Assembly (NCBI GenBank): GCA_034669905.1
Contig: JAXMOL010000049.1
Location: 1 to 56,054 of the forward strand
Direction of reading: 5' to 3'
DNA from: Candidatus Hydrogenedentota bacterium
Lineage (GTDB): Bacteria > Hydrogenedentota > Hydrogenedentia > Hydrogenedentales > JAEUWI01
DNA: 56,054 nucleotides
A model generated the notes under the pieces. The model had not been told where the DNA came from and did not search any database. It worked only from the letters and a program-made list of their open reading frames with translations. Both the position numbers and the translations under genes were made by a program. Positions 28,471 through 38,411 of the stretch are shown here, one piece after another; the first letter of the stretch is position 1; each line of letters starts with the position of its first letter.

Positions 28471-31284
28471 GTGTTTCAATGGAAAAATGGTGTTTTGGCA
28501 ACCTTGGTGGTGATGATACTGATCGCCCTGGCGGTACCGGCGCAGGACGTGGCATTGCGCACGGAAGCGGTCTACGGCGGTCGCATCAATTGGATTGAGT
28601 CGGTTGCCCTGGAAAGCGTGACGTCCGGGGCGAAAGCCTACGAGACCTACACGTCCTACACCTTCGTCTCCACTGAAAGCGCCAACTCCGTCTTCTATAC
28701 CACCATCGATTTTGACGCGGAAGCGCCTGCGCCGTCGCCCTTTCAGGTCGTGCCTGATCTGGACAGTGAGGGCGGTTTCGGCAGCATTGGGCAATTCGCG
28801 GTGGATGCCGAATCCTGTCGCGTTTTCTTTGTGCACCAATCGGGGCTCTGGAGTGCCGGACTGGCGGCGGACTCGCTGGTGCAGATTACGGCAGACCCGG
28901 TTTCGCCCAGCCTGCTGGTGTCATCCGGGATGCTCCACTATGTCCTTGCCGGTTCGTTGCACTTCGGCGCGATAGAGCCCACCTCGGGCCAGTTTACCGA
29001 GTCGGAGAAGTCCCCCATCAGCCTGCCTGCCTCGGGTGCTTCCCAGTTGATTCACAGTACATTTGACGGGCACCTGTATATCTATCTCGAAGACGACCAG
29101 ATCCTGCGGTCGGCCCATCCCGTGGGGGCGATTTCTGACAGCACGACCTTCACCTCCATCGCGCTGCCCACTGCCAAGCAGGTCACGGGCTGGTCCGCCT
29201 TCAACGTGGGGCCTGACGGACGCTTCTTCCTGGGAGGCATGACTAGCGGTTCCAGTACCACCAAGATTGTGGCCTATACCGATATGATGGATGGCAGCAC
29301 GTGGGTGACCGTGGATACGGGCGTCGCAGGTGTGGCGGGCAGCAATCTGGAGACCAGCGGAACCGTGGAGGCCTATGATGTCTTTTTCGGGGCTGCCGTG
29401 AGCAGTAACAAGGGGGTGGAAGGAAGCTGGTCGGGCCTGCCGCGCGGTGGCAGTTTCGAGACCCACCCCAATGATGGACCGGTACGTCGCGACGCCATCA
29501 ACCCGGAAATGATCTACCTGACCACCGATCAGGGGATTGGCTTCTCCGAGGATCGGGGCGTGAATCTCCGTGAAATTAATGAGGAGGTGACGGCGGTGCA
29601 GGTGAACGATATTGATATGACCGCCGACAAGAATGTGGGCTGGGTTGCCTCCAAATCGGGGGTGCGCCGCGTGACCGACTATGGGGGCGATGCCATATGG
29701 TCCAACGCGCTCTTTCCCCTGGGAGACGGCTCTCCCTATTTCGCGGTCACGGTGGACCCCTTCGACACGACGGGCGCGACCGCCTATGTGGGTAATGTGC
29801 GGGTCTATGAGACGACTGACGGGGGGGCGGAATGGTCGCGACGGCTTTCTGCCGAAGAACATCCCGTCAATCGGCCCTCCGCCTCGGTGGGCGCGTTGGC
29901 CAGCAGTGCGACCCGCGCGGGCTTGCTCGCGGCCGGGTTTATCGATGGCCGTTCGTCGGCCTATGGGACGCTCTTCCTCAGTCAGGACCAGGCCGACACC
30001 TGGAGCGAAGTCGTGTTGGAGACGGCCGGGGTCGATGTGCAGGCATTGATATTCAGTGAAGAGCCCGCGGGGGAGACGCTCTACGTGGGCGTGGCCTACG
30101 ATGCCGATGCCCCTTCCGGTTCCGGGGTCTATCGGGTGCGTATTGACGACGAGGGTGGGGTGACGGCGGTGCAGGATTTGGCCAACGCCGTGTCTATCAC
30201 CGATCTGGCAGTGGCCGATGATGGCCAGGTGATCGCGGTGGGGGTGGATGAAAGCACCCAGTGGCCGGTTATTTTTTCGAAGGCCCTGGGAGGGAGTTGG
30301 GAAGTACCCCCCATCGATGGGTTGCCGATGCAAGGTATCCGGTCCGTGACGATGGGCGCCGACCCATCCAATACGTCGCGCCAGGCACCTTTTATTGCGG
30401 TGGGCGAATCAGTCTATGTCCTGGAAGAGGGTGCGAGCGCCTGGCGCGTTTACTACAGCTACCCCGTCGGCACGCGGCTCAATGCCCTGTTTTGGGATGA
30501 GCTGATTGTCGGCTCGGATACGGGACTTACGGCATTGGACGCGGTGGGAGAAACGCCCACCCTACAGTTGACCCGGCCCGGTGCGGGCGAAATGGTGGAC
30601 GCTGGCAGTACCTATCTGATTCAGTGGACGTCCACCGGCGCGATTGGCGACCAGATTACCGTGACCTTGATGCAGGAGCCGCTGGATGTGGTGCTTCAGG
30701 AATTCACGGTAAGCAATGGGGGCCAGGCTTCCTGGGCAGTCCCAGCGGGATTGGAAACCGGGGACACCTATTATCTGCAGCTTCGTGACAACAGCGAAAG
30801 CCCCGTGATAGCCGTTGGTGCGGCGTTCACCATTCAGGCCACTGCGGGTGAGGGTGAAGGCGAGGGTGAAGGCGAAGGCGAGGGCGAGGGTGAGGGTGAA
30901 GGTGAGGGCGAAGGTGAGGGCGAAGGTGAGGGCGAAGGTGAAGGTGAAGGTGAAGGTGAAGGTGAAGGGCCAAGTGACGCGGAAAGTGCCCGCGACCTGT
31001 TGGCGCAATTTTCCCAGGCCGATGCGAACAACGATGGTCGCCTGAGCCTGGCGGAATCGCAATCGGTGATGTCGGGTTTGACCCAGGCCGGGTTTGACCG
31101 TCTCGACAGTAATCGGGATGGTGCCTTGACCGAGGCAGAATTGCGGGCCATCACCGGGGATACCGCGCCGGGCTGCACGTTGGGCAAAGACTTCCGTCAG
31201 GGCGCACGCGATGGGCTGAGCAACTTGTTTTTACTCGGCGTTTCCCTACTGGTATTGGTTGTCTGGGGGCGTCGCCCTTCGTAG
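28471..31284 (+). CDS. Large surface protein: signal peptide, BNR-like beta-propeller region, Ig-like domain, (GE)20 linker, EF-hand pair, C-terminal TM anchor
   Basis: TTDGGAEW and SQDQADTW Asp-box motifs; DANNDGRLSLAE and DSNRDGALTEAE EF-hands; C-terminus PGC...LFLLGVSLLVLVVWGRRPS. Confidence 0.85.
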   Translation: MFQWKNGVLATLVVMILIALAVPAQDVALRTEAVYGGRINWIESVALESVTSGAKAYETYTSYTFVSTESANSVFYTTIDFDAEAPAPSPFQVVPDLDSEGGFGSIGQFAVDAESCRVFFVHQSGLWSAGLAADSLVQITADPVSPSLLVSSGMLHYVLAGSLHFGAIEPTSGQFTESEKSPISLPASGASQLIHSTFDGHLYIYLEDDQILRSAHPVGAISDSTTFTSIALPTAKQVTGWSAFNVGPDGRFFLGGMTSGSSTTKIVAYTDMMDGSTWVTVDTGVAGVAGSNLETSGTVEAYDVFFGAAVSSNKGVEGSWSGLPRGGSFETHPNDGPVRRDAINPEMIYLTTDQGIGFSEDRGVNLREINEEVTAVQVNDIDMTADKNVGWVASKSGVRRVTDYGGDAIWSNALFPLGDGSPYFAVTVDPFDTTGATAYVGNVRVYETTDGGAEWSRRLSAEEHPVNRPSASVGALASSATRAGLLAAGFIDGRSSAYGTLFLSQDQADTWSEVVLETAGVDVQALIFSEEPAGETLYVGVAYDADAPSGSGVYRVRIDDEGGVTAVQDLANAVSITDLAVADDGQVIAVGVDESTQWPVIFSKALGGSWEVPPIDGLPMQGIRSVTMGADPSNTSRQAPFIAVGESVYVLEEGASAWRVYYSYPVGTRLNALFWDELIVGSDTGLTALDAVGETPTLQLTRPGAGEMVDAGSTYLIQWTSTGAIGDQITVTLMQEPLDVVLQEFTVSNGGQASWAVPAGLETGDTYYLQLRDNSESPVIAVGAAFTIQATAGEGEGEGEGEGEGEGEGEGEGEGEGEGEGEGEGEGEGEGEGPSDAESARDLLAQFSQADANNDGRLSLAESQSVMSGLTQAGFDRLDSNRDGALTEAELRAITGDTAPGCTLGKDFRQGARDGLSNLFLLGVSLLVLVVWGRRPS
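30847..30966 (+). repeat. Coding hexamer repeat encoding (Gly-Glu)20
   Basis: 20 consecutive ggtgag/ggtgaa/ggcgag/ggcgaa units. Confidence 0.97.
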
Positions 31285-31362
31285 GGGGATTTATAGACTG
31301 GGAATTTATTTTGCCAGCGGTCTAATCGGTGTTTCAGGCCTATTTTTCAGGTGGGCGTTACG

Positions 31363-31427
31363 GCGGGTAGGAAAACCCGCCTTCTGTCCCGGCGTCGCTT
31401 GTTTGGAGTGCGGGTTTTCCTACCCGC
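31363..31427. repeat. REP-like doublet (18-bp perfect inverted repeat) between convergent genes
   Basis: GCGGGTAGGAAAACCCGC (31363-31380) and GCGGGTTTTCCTACCCGC (31410-31427); each arm is itself a small hairpin. Confidence 0.8.
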
Positions 31428-31534
31428 AACAGGGCCTCCGTCAGACCCAATCTGCCCCTTGCGCGGGGGGATGGTTGTGGTGCCATCTTCTTCAGGCAGG
31501 GACGTCGCCGCCTCAGTCAATCGGTGTCAATCGC

Positions 31535-33850
31535 CTAAACCTCCGTGCGGCGGTTCTCCTCGAAGAGCCACAGTTGGGGATCGGTTATCCGCGCGAAGCT
31601 GGTGCCGAGGAAGGCCAATATCGCGTCGGCCACGGGAGCGAGCTGGTTGTCCAGATAGTGGGCGTAATCGATGGGGCTCACCCGTTGCTGCACGGGCTCG
31701 GGGCCGTGGTGGGTAATCAGATAGTGCACCGTGGAGCCATGAAAGTTTTTCAGCTTTCGGGCCGCCTGTACCTGGGGCGGTACATTCTTTGTATACTCGT
31801 CGAGACCTTTACGCAGGCGCTTACGGTAGACCAGCTGCTCGTCGAGCCGACCGGCCAGGAGGTCTGAGGCGGTCTGAAAAATGTACTCCTCGTAGGGTTC
31901 GTCCAGGAAGACCTTCCGATAGAGGGTCCGTTGAAAAGTCCGTGCCAGGGGCGTCCAGTCCGTACGAACGCTTTCGAGTCCCTTGAACACCACGCCCAAT
32001 GAACCATCGGATTCTTTTCGCAGACCGGCGTAGCGTTTCTTGGTGCCCTTGGAGGAACCCCGGATGGTGGGCATCAGAAATTTGAGATAGCAGGTTTCGA
32101 ATTCCAGCTCCAGGAAGGAGGGGAGCTTCAGCTCCTCTTTGATAGTTTCGGTCCACCAGGTGTTCATCTTGGCGGCCAGTGTAGTGCCTGTCGCGTGGGC
32201 ATCTTCTTCGCTATAGGCAGGGCCCAGGGCGACAAAGAGGCTGTCCGTGTCGCCGTAGATGACGGGGAAGCCTTCCGATTCAATCACTTCCTTGCTCCGG
32301 GTCATGATTTCGTGGCTGCGCCGTGTGATCGAGCTGGCGAGCTGGGGGCTGTAGAAACGGCAGGAGGGAGTCCCAAGTACGCCATAGAAGGCATTCATCA
32401 GAATTTTCGTGGCCAGGTTCAGGGCGCCATCGCCCGCCTGCTTGGCTTGCTCTCGGGCCGCCCACAGGGTTTCAATGAGCGCTGCGAGAATGGTCGGTTC
32501 CCGGTTGAAGGTGCCCCCGTGGAAACCGGGGATGGGGTTTTCGCCCGGCTGACTGAGGGCGAGGGGGTCGATGTGAAAGGTGCGGATGATACTGGGGTAG
32601 AGGCTTTTGAAATCGAAGACCAGCACGTTTTCGTAGAGTCCCGGCAGGGAGTCGAGCACGTAGCCGCCGGGGTTGGGGTTTGCTTCCGGGTGGGGCGTCA
32701 CGTCGGGCGCGACAAAACCGGCCCGGTGGAGGCGGGGCAGATAGAGAAATTCAAAGGCGGCGATGGAGCCGGGCATGCGGTCGAGCGTGAGGCCCGTGAG
32801 CGTGGAGCGGGCCACCAGGAAGGCGACGAGATTGGTGTGGGTAAAGATATCCTGCACCAACTGACAGTCTTCGAGGTTGTAGGCGGCCAGCTGGTGCTTA
32901 TCCTCGGCATAGAGCCGGTTTATCTCGGCCACTTTATCATCCTGTGGATGAATGAGTTTTCCCCGATTCAACAGGCTGCGTCCCACACTCTCCAGACTGA
33001 AGTCCTCGAAGCTGTAGCCCGCGGTCCGCAAGGCCGGTAAGCCATCAATCACCATGCGCCCGGGAACCTCGGCGCGGGCGGGTTGGCGGGCCCGTTCACT
33101 GGGATAAATGCGGGCCACCTCGTTGTCCCGACCCAGGCGAAAGGGGATCTGGAGCTCCCGGCACCGGGTGGCCAGGAAGTCGAGGTCAAAAGCGATCACA
33201 TTCCAGCCGATAAGCAGGTCGGGGTCTATCTCCTGAATCCAGCGGAGAAAGGCACGAATTACGGCCGCTTCATCGGGCAAAAACCGGACCGATTCGTCAT
33301 CTTCTCCCGTTCCCACCATGAAGACGGCGGCAGACGAACCACAACACGCGGCAATCGAATAGAGGGCGCCATCCAGCCCCTCGGTTTCAATATCAATGGA
33401 GGCTGCCCGCAGGGTGGGGGTATAGTCGGTTCCCCGAATCACGGGATCCTGATAGCGTTGGAAACCCTTGCCCGGGAGTGCCCGGCCTTCCAGCAGGATG
33501 GGGCCGGTAATGAAGCGCTCCATGAGAAAACGGTCGGCAGGGCGTATATCGGACTCACAGGGTGCCCAATCCACGTTCTTAAGGGTATTGCGAGCATTGC
33601 GGAGGTTGCGGGTGCTCCGAAAATAGACGCCGTCCACCGATTCGCCCTTCAGGGTTTTCAGCGCGAGGGGGCTTCGGCGATCGCCCTCCAGGGGGGCGGA
33701 ACGGGGTACGAAAAACACACCCTCCTGCTGAGAAAACGCAAGGAGCACTGGGCCATCGTCCGTCGCCGCCCAATAGTCAAAGCGGAGGCCATTAGGGGTG
33801 TCCCGCGTCTGGCGCGTGAGGATAAATGCGGGGCGAATGGTGAGGGACAT
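31535..33850 (-). CDS. polB: DNA polymerase II (family B)
   Basis: SIDIET and IGWNVIAFD exonuclease motifs; DFKSLYPSII, KILMNAFYGVLG, YGDTDS and KKRYAG polymerase motifs. Confidence 0.96.
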   Translation of the reverse strand: MSLTIRPAFILTRQTRDTPNGLRFDYWAATDDGPVLLAFSQQEGVFFVPRSAPLEGDRRSPLALKTLKGESVDGVYFRSTRNLRNARNTLKNVDWAPCESDIRPADRFLMERFITGPILLEGRALPGKGFQRYQDPVIRGTDYTPTLRAASIDIETEGLDGALYSIAACCGSSAAVFMVGTGEDDESVRFLPDEAAVIRAFLRWIQEIDPDLLIGWNVIAFDLDFLATRCRELQIPFRLGRDNEVARIYPSERARQPARAEVPGRMVIDGLPALRTAGYSFEDFSLESVGRSLLNRGKLIHPQDDKVAEINRLYAEDKHQLAAYNLEDCQLVQDIFTHTNLVAFLVARSTLTGLTLDRMPGSIAAFEFLYLPRLHRAGFVAPDVTPHPEANPNPGGYVLDSLPGLYENVLVFDFKSLYPSIIRTFHIDPLALSQPGENPIPGFHGGTFNREPTILAALIETLWAAREQAKQAGDGALNLATKILMNAFYGVLGTPSCRFYSPQLASSITRRSHEIMTRSKEVIESEGFPVIYGDTDSLFVALGPAYSEEDAHATGTTLAAKMNTWWTETIKEELKLPSFLELEFETCYLKFLMPTIRGSSKGTKKRYAGLRKESDGSLGVVFKGLESVRTDWTPLARTFQRTLYRKVFLDEPYEEYIFQTASDLLAGRLDEQLVYRKRLRKGLDEYTKNVPPQVQAARKLKNFHGSTVHYLITHHGPEPVQQRVSPIDYAHYLDNQLAPVADAILAFLGTSFARITDPQLWLFEENRRTEV

Positions 33851-33965
33851 GGCGCTATTGTGCCCCAATTCCGGGCGGCGTTGCCACACGGTACGACCTA
33901 TTGAAGAAATAGTAGACCAATTACTTGAATCGGCCCCTCCATTTTGGGTACACTATGCGTCCCTT

Positions 33966-34054
33966 GCCGGAGTGGTGAAATTGGCAGACACGCATGGTTC
34001 AGGTCCATGTGCTCTTTACTGGGCGTGGAGGTTCAAGTCCTCTCTCCGGCACCA
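33966..34054 (+). tRNA. tRNA-Leu (CAG)
   Basis: GCCGGAG acceptor stem pairing with CTCCGGC-ACCA; anticodon arm CATGG-TTCAGGT-CCATG; long variable arm; GTTCAA T-loop. Confidence 0.96.
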
Positions 34055-34068
34055 TATAAAATCCCCCT

Positions 34069-34108
34069 ACAGGTCACAGTCTAATCCAGACTGTGGCCTG
34101 TTTTTTTT
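34069..34108 (+). terminator. Terminator after tRNA-Leu
   Basis: Stem ACAGGTCACAGTCT/AGACTGTGGCCTGT followed by a T-tract. Confidence 0.88.
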
Positions 34109-34341
34109 GTTTCATCGGGCCGCCTTCCCCGGGTGAACCATTCTTTCAGGCCCGGGGCGTAACCATTGGGCTCTTACGCGGGTCTATATACTGGAATGCT
34201 GTGCTTACGAGGCTGGCATCCCGAGCGACGGATAATACAGTAGCTTTTTATCCAGCGTATTACTATAATGGTTTACGTACCAGCACCCCGATATATTTTG
34301 GGGTGCCCGGTCCGCACTCCCCCATCTGAAGGAACTTCCCC

Positions 34342-34767
34342 ATGCTAGAGTCCATAAATTTGCAAAGTAATGTGGCGGTGTTTGCGCAGATTGAAAATGA
34401 AGTTCGATTTGCCATCGCTTCCGGGCAGTTAGGGGCAGGGGATAAGTTGCCGACGGTTCGTGCCGTGGCAGAGCAGCTCGACATCAATCCCAATACGGTG
34501 GCGAAGGCCTACCGGGATTTGGAGATCATGGGCCTCGTCTACTCCCGGCGGGGCATGGGCATCTTCATCTGCGACAACGTGGAAGAAAAGTGCCAAATGG
34601 AATGCTATCGCGAGATCATCGGCAAACTCCACGAGGTGGTGGCCGAGGCCAGGGCGGCCGGGCTGCGCGATGCAGACATCAAGCGCATTACCAAGAAATG
34701 TTTCGCCTCGGATGCGGCTCCCTATGAGACGCCCTCAAAGGCTATAATGGCGCTCTCGAAAAAGTAA
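34342..34767 (+). CDS. GntR family transcriptional regulator (YtrA-like)
   Basis: GDKLPTVRAVAEQLDINPNTVAKAYRDLE...RRGMG with a short C-terminal domain. Confidence 0.92.
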   Translation: MLESINLQSNVAVFAQIENEVRFAIASGQLGAGDKLPTVRAVAEQLDINPNTVAKAYRDLEIMGLVYSRRGMGIFICDNVEEKCQMECYREIIGKLHEVVAEARAAGLRDADIKRITKKCFASDAAPYETPSKAIMALSKK

Positions 34768-34858
34768 GTGGAGACGTTGACCCACAGCGGTGTTTGTGAG
34801 GTGCCGGGATAGCTGTGTCCGGCACGTGGGGCAGCGCAAACACGAAGGGAGCAATGCC

Positions 34859-36358
34859 ATGCGCTATATCCTGGCCCTGGACCAGGGGACGACCAGTTCC
34901 CGCGCCCTCCTCATCGATCAGGAAGGCATGATCAGGGGCGTCGCCCAGCAAGAGTACACGCAACACTACCCCAAACCGGGGTGGGTGGAACATGATCCGG
35001 CCGAAATCTGGTCGACCCAGCTTGCGGTTGCCCAGGCGGTGCTCCAGGAAAACGACGTAGCGGCCGAGGATGTCGGTGCGATTGGCATCGTGAATCAGCG
35101 GGAAACCACCGTGGTCTGGGATCGAAAGACCGGGGAGCCCGTTCACAATGCCCTCGTATGGCAGGACCGGCGCACCTCGGGGCAATGTGACGCGTTGCGG
35201 AAAGCGGGGCATCTCGAAACCTTTCAGCGAAAAACCGGCCTGATCCTGGATGCCTATTTTTCGGGTACCAAGGTGGCGTGGATTCTGGACAATGTGTCGG
35301 GTGCGCGGGCGCGGGCCGAGGCGGGGGACCTGGCCTTCGGAACGGTCGATTCGTGGCTTATCTGGAATCTCACCCACGGCGAAAAACACGTAACCGACGC
35401 TTCCAATGCCAGCCGAACGCTCTTCTTCAATATTCACGACGGCGACTGGGACGATGAACTCCTCGATCTATTGAAGGTGCCCCGGTCCATGCTGCCCGAG
35501 GTGGTGGATTCCAGTGGGGTTTGTGGGGAGACGGCCCCCGACCTGTTTGGCGCGGCCCTCCCCATCGCGGGTATGGCGGGCGATCAGCAGGCCGCCCTTT
35601 TTGGCCAGCAGTGCACCCGGCCTGGCATGGTCAAGAATTCCTATGGAACCGGCTGCTTTATGCTCCTGCACACGGGGGAGAAGGCGATTCCCTCAACCAA
35701 TAATCTGCTCACGACGGTGGCCTGGCGTATCGACGGGAAACTGGAGTATGCCCTGGAAGGCAGCATCTTTATCGCGGGGGCGGTGGTCCAGTGGCTACGG
35801 GATGAGCTCGGCCTTATCAACGATGCCGCGGAAGTAGAGGCCCTGGCGGAGACGGTGGAGGACAATGGCGGTGCCTACCTGGTACCGGCCTTTGCGGGAT
35901 TGGGTGCGCCCCATTGGGATCAATATGCACGCGGCGTACTCGTGGGATTGACCCGGGGTACGAACAAAGCCCATATTGCCCGGGCGGCCCTGGAAGGTAT
36001 TGCCTACCAGGTGATGGATCTGATGGCCGCCATGGAAGCCGATGCGGATACCGAAATCAAAGAGTTGCGGGTTGACGGCGGCGCGGCGGCCAATGACTTG
36101 CTACTCCAATTTCAATCGGATATGGCCAATATCCCCATTGCGCGTCCAGCGATACTCGAGTCGACGGCCCTGGGCGCCGCCTTTCTTGCGGGTCTGGCGG
36201 TTGGGTTCTGGCCGGACAAAGAGGCCCTGGCTTCGCAGTGGAATGCCGAAGCCCGTTTCACGCCGACGATGGATGCCGCTGATCGCGCCCGCTTACAGCG
36301 GGGGTGGAAAAAAGCCCTGGACCGCGCGCGGGCCTGGGTAACGGAAGACGACGAATAG
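34859..36358 (+). CDS. glpK: Glycerol kinase
   Basis: [38 protein letters not shown] and RVDGG motifs. Confidence 0.97.
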   Translation: MRYILALDQGTTSSRALLIDQEGMIRGVAQQEYTQHYPKPGWVEHDPAEIWSTQLAVAQAVLQENDVAAEDVGAIGIVNQRETTVVWDRKTGEPVHNALVWQDRRTSGQCDALRKAGHLETFQRKTGLILDAYFSGTKVAWILDNVSGARARAEAGDLAFGTVDSWLIWNLTHGEKHVTDASNASRTLFFNIHDGDWDDELLDLLKVPRSMLPEVVDSSGVCGETAPDLFGAALPIAGMAGDQQAALFGQQCTRPGMVKNSYGTGCFMLLHTGEKAIPSTNNLLTTVAWRIDGKLEYALEGSIFIAGAVVQWLRDELGLINDAAEVEALAETVEDNGGAYLVPAFAGLGAPHWDQYARGVLVGLTRGTNKAHIARAALEGIAYQVMDLMAAMEADADTEIKELRVDGGAAANDLLLQFQSDMANIPIARPAILESTALGAAFLAGLAVGFWPDKEALASQWNAEARFTPTMDAADRARLQRGWKKALDRARAWVTEDDE

Positions 36359-36367
36359 GAGTTCCTC

Positions 36368-37930
36368 ATGCAACGGGAAACCATGATTGCACGCCTGGAG
36401 AGCCACGGTGACACCCCCTGGGATATGGTGATCATCGGTGGTGGTGCCACGGGGCTGGGGGTCGCGATCGACAGCGCCTCCCGGGGATACAAGACCCTCC
36501 TCCTGGAGCGCCACGATTTTGCCAAGGGTACCTCAAGCCGCAGTACCAAGCTGGTCCACGGCGGGGTGCGTTATCTGCAACAAGGCAACGTGTCCCTCGT
36601 GATGGAGGCCCTGAAAGAGCGGGGGATCTTGCGTCAGAATGCGCCCCACCTGGTCCATGATCTGCCCTTTGTGGTGCCCAACTACGACTGGTGGGAGGCG
36701 CCCTTCTACGGCATCGGCATGCGGGTCTATGACATGCTCGCGGGTAAATTTGGCTTTGGTCCCTCGCGAAACCTTTCCCGCGATGAAACGGTGGAGCGAT
36801 TACCCACCATCGAAACCGAAGGCTTACGGGGTGGTGTGGTCTATCACGATGGACAGTTTGATGACGCGCGCCTTGCGATCAACATGGCAACGACCGCGGT
36901 GGAGCAGGGCGCGGTGCTCCTGAATTATGTCAATGTGCAACGACTCGAAATGACCGATAACATCGTGTCGGGCCTGGTGGCGGTGGACGAAGAGTCGGGC
37001 ACGGAATACACGGTGCAGGCCAAGGTGGTCATCAACGCGACGGGGCCCTTCAGTGACGCCGTACGCCAGATGGAAAACCCCGAGGCCAAGCCCATGATTC
37101 GCCCGAGTCAGGGGGTTCACATCGTACTGCCCAAGGCGTTTCTCCCGGGCAAAACGGCGATTATGGTACCCCATACCGACGACGGCCGGGTGCTCTTTGC
37201 CATTCCCTGGCACGATCATGTGGTGGTGGGTACGACCGACACGCCTATCGACGCGGTGAGCGATGAACCCCGTGCCCTGGCCGAAGAAATAGAATTCCTC
37301 ATGACCCATGCGGCGCGCTATCTGACCAAAGACCCTTCGCCGGCAGATGTGCGCAGTGTCTTCGTGGGGATCCGTCCCCTGGTGGCGGGCGGAGACGAAG
37401 AGAACACGGCGGCCCTGTCTCGGGATCACAGCCTGACGATTTCCAAGGGTGGGCTGGTCACGATTACGGGGGGTAAATGGACAACCTACCGTCACATGGC
37501 CGAAGACACGGTTGATCAGGCGGCGATTCTTGCGGGATTGGAAGAGCGGGCGACGGTAACCCGAACGCTCAACATCCATGGCTATCACAAGCATGCCCAG
37601 GAATTTGGGGCCCTGGCTATCTATGGCTCAGACGCCCGGGAGATCGAGGCCATCGTGCGGGAGGACGTGACGTGGGCAGCGAAGATACACCCGGCGTTGC
37701 CAACGATTGGCGCGGAAGTGGTCTGGGCGGCCCGGGAAGAGATGGCCCGTAGTGTGGAAGACGTGTTGGCGCGGCGCACCCGTTCCCTGCTGCTCCACGC
37801 GCGCGCGAGTATTGAGGCGGCTCCCGCTGTGGCGAAAATTCTTGCGCTGGTTCTTGGCCGCGATGAGGCATGGGAGGCGGCGCAGGTGGAAGCCTATGAG
37901 ACGCTGGCGGCGGGGTATTTGCTGGAGTAG
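36368..37930 (+). CDS. glpD: FAD-dependent glycerol-3-phosphate dehydrogenase
   Basis: IGGGATG, GTSSRSTKLVHGGVRYL, DGQFDDARL and GGKWTTYR motifs. Confidence 0.95.
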   Translation: MQRETMIARLESHGDTPWDMVIIGGGATGLGVAIDSASRGYKTLLLERHDFAKGTSSRSTKLVHGGVRYLQQGNVSLVMEALKERGILRQNAPHLVHDLPFVVPNYDWWEAPFYGIGMRVYDMLAGKFGFGPSRNLSRDETVERLPTIETEGLRGGVVYHDGQFDDARLAINMATTAVEQGAVLLNYVNVQRLEMTDNIVSGLVAVDEESGTEYTVQAKVVINATGPFSDAVRQMENPEAKPMIRPSQGVHIVLPKAFLPGKTAIMVPHTDDGRVLFAIPWHDHVVVGTTDTPIDAVSDEPRALAEEIEFLMTHAARYLTKDPSPADVRSVFVGIRPLVAGGDEENTAALSRDHSLTISKGGLVTITGGKWTTYRHMAEDTVDQAAILAGLEERATVTRTLNIHGYHKHAQEFGALAIYGSDAREIEAIVREDVTWAAKIHPALPTIGAEVVWAAREEMARSVEDVLARRTRSLLLHARASIEAAPAVAKILALVLGRDEAWEAAQVEAYETLAAGYLLE

Positions 37931-37932
37931 GA

Positions 37933-38040
37933 ATTTGATGAACCTCAGAGAACGCAGAGAACTCAAAGAAAGAATGTCTGATTGAGCCTTTTGTGTTCTT
38001 TGCGTTCTCTGTGATTGAAGAAGAGTTTTTTTGACTTAAA
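37933..38040. repeat. Palindromic element with 9-nt periodic arms (CAGAGAACG)n ... (CGTTCTCTG)n, copy 1
   Basis: aacctcagagaacgcagagaactcaaag pairs with cttttgtgttctttgcgttctctgtgatt. Confidence 0.85.
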
Positions 38041-38191
38041 TTGTGGAACGGAATCCATCATCGTTCTCCATGTCACTATACGATTAAATAGAGGTGATTC
38101 CCTGAAAAGCTCTTACGCAGGTTCTTGGCCGTGGAGAAGGTGTGGGTGGAAGATTGTGGGGCGCTGGTGGTGGGGGGGTGTTGGAGCAGGG

Positions 38192-38308
38192 ATTTGATGA
38201 ACCACAGAGAACGCAGAGAACGCAGAGAACACAGAGAAAGAAAGCCTGATTAAACCTTTTGTGTTCTTTGCGTTCTCTGTGGTTGAGAAAGAGTTTTTTG
38301 ATTTTAAG
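38192..38308. repeat. Same palindromic element, copy 2, with one extra 9-nt unit
   Basis: aaccacagagaacgcagagaacgcagagaacacagag ... cttttgtgttctttgcgttctctgtggtt. Confidence 0.85.
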
Positions 38309-38411
38309 ATTACCCGTTTTACCCGATCTCATGTGCACGCTGATTCATAAACACGATACGGGCCCCGTCGGTTTCAGGTCGCTCTACCCCTTAATTCAGG
38401 AGTCATTTTCT

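Noticed and set aside
33966..34110. tRNA-Leu as an integration site for an island containing polB
   Set aside because: No integrase and no duplicated tRNA 3' end were noticed in the window. The tRNA has its normal terminator, and the flanking genes look chromosomal.
37933..38308. Repeats considered as a possible CRISPR array
   Set aside because: Only two long degenerate copies with internal 9-nt periodicity, no regular repeat-spacer structure, and no cas genes in the window.
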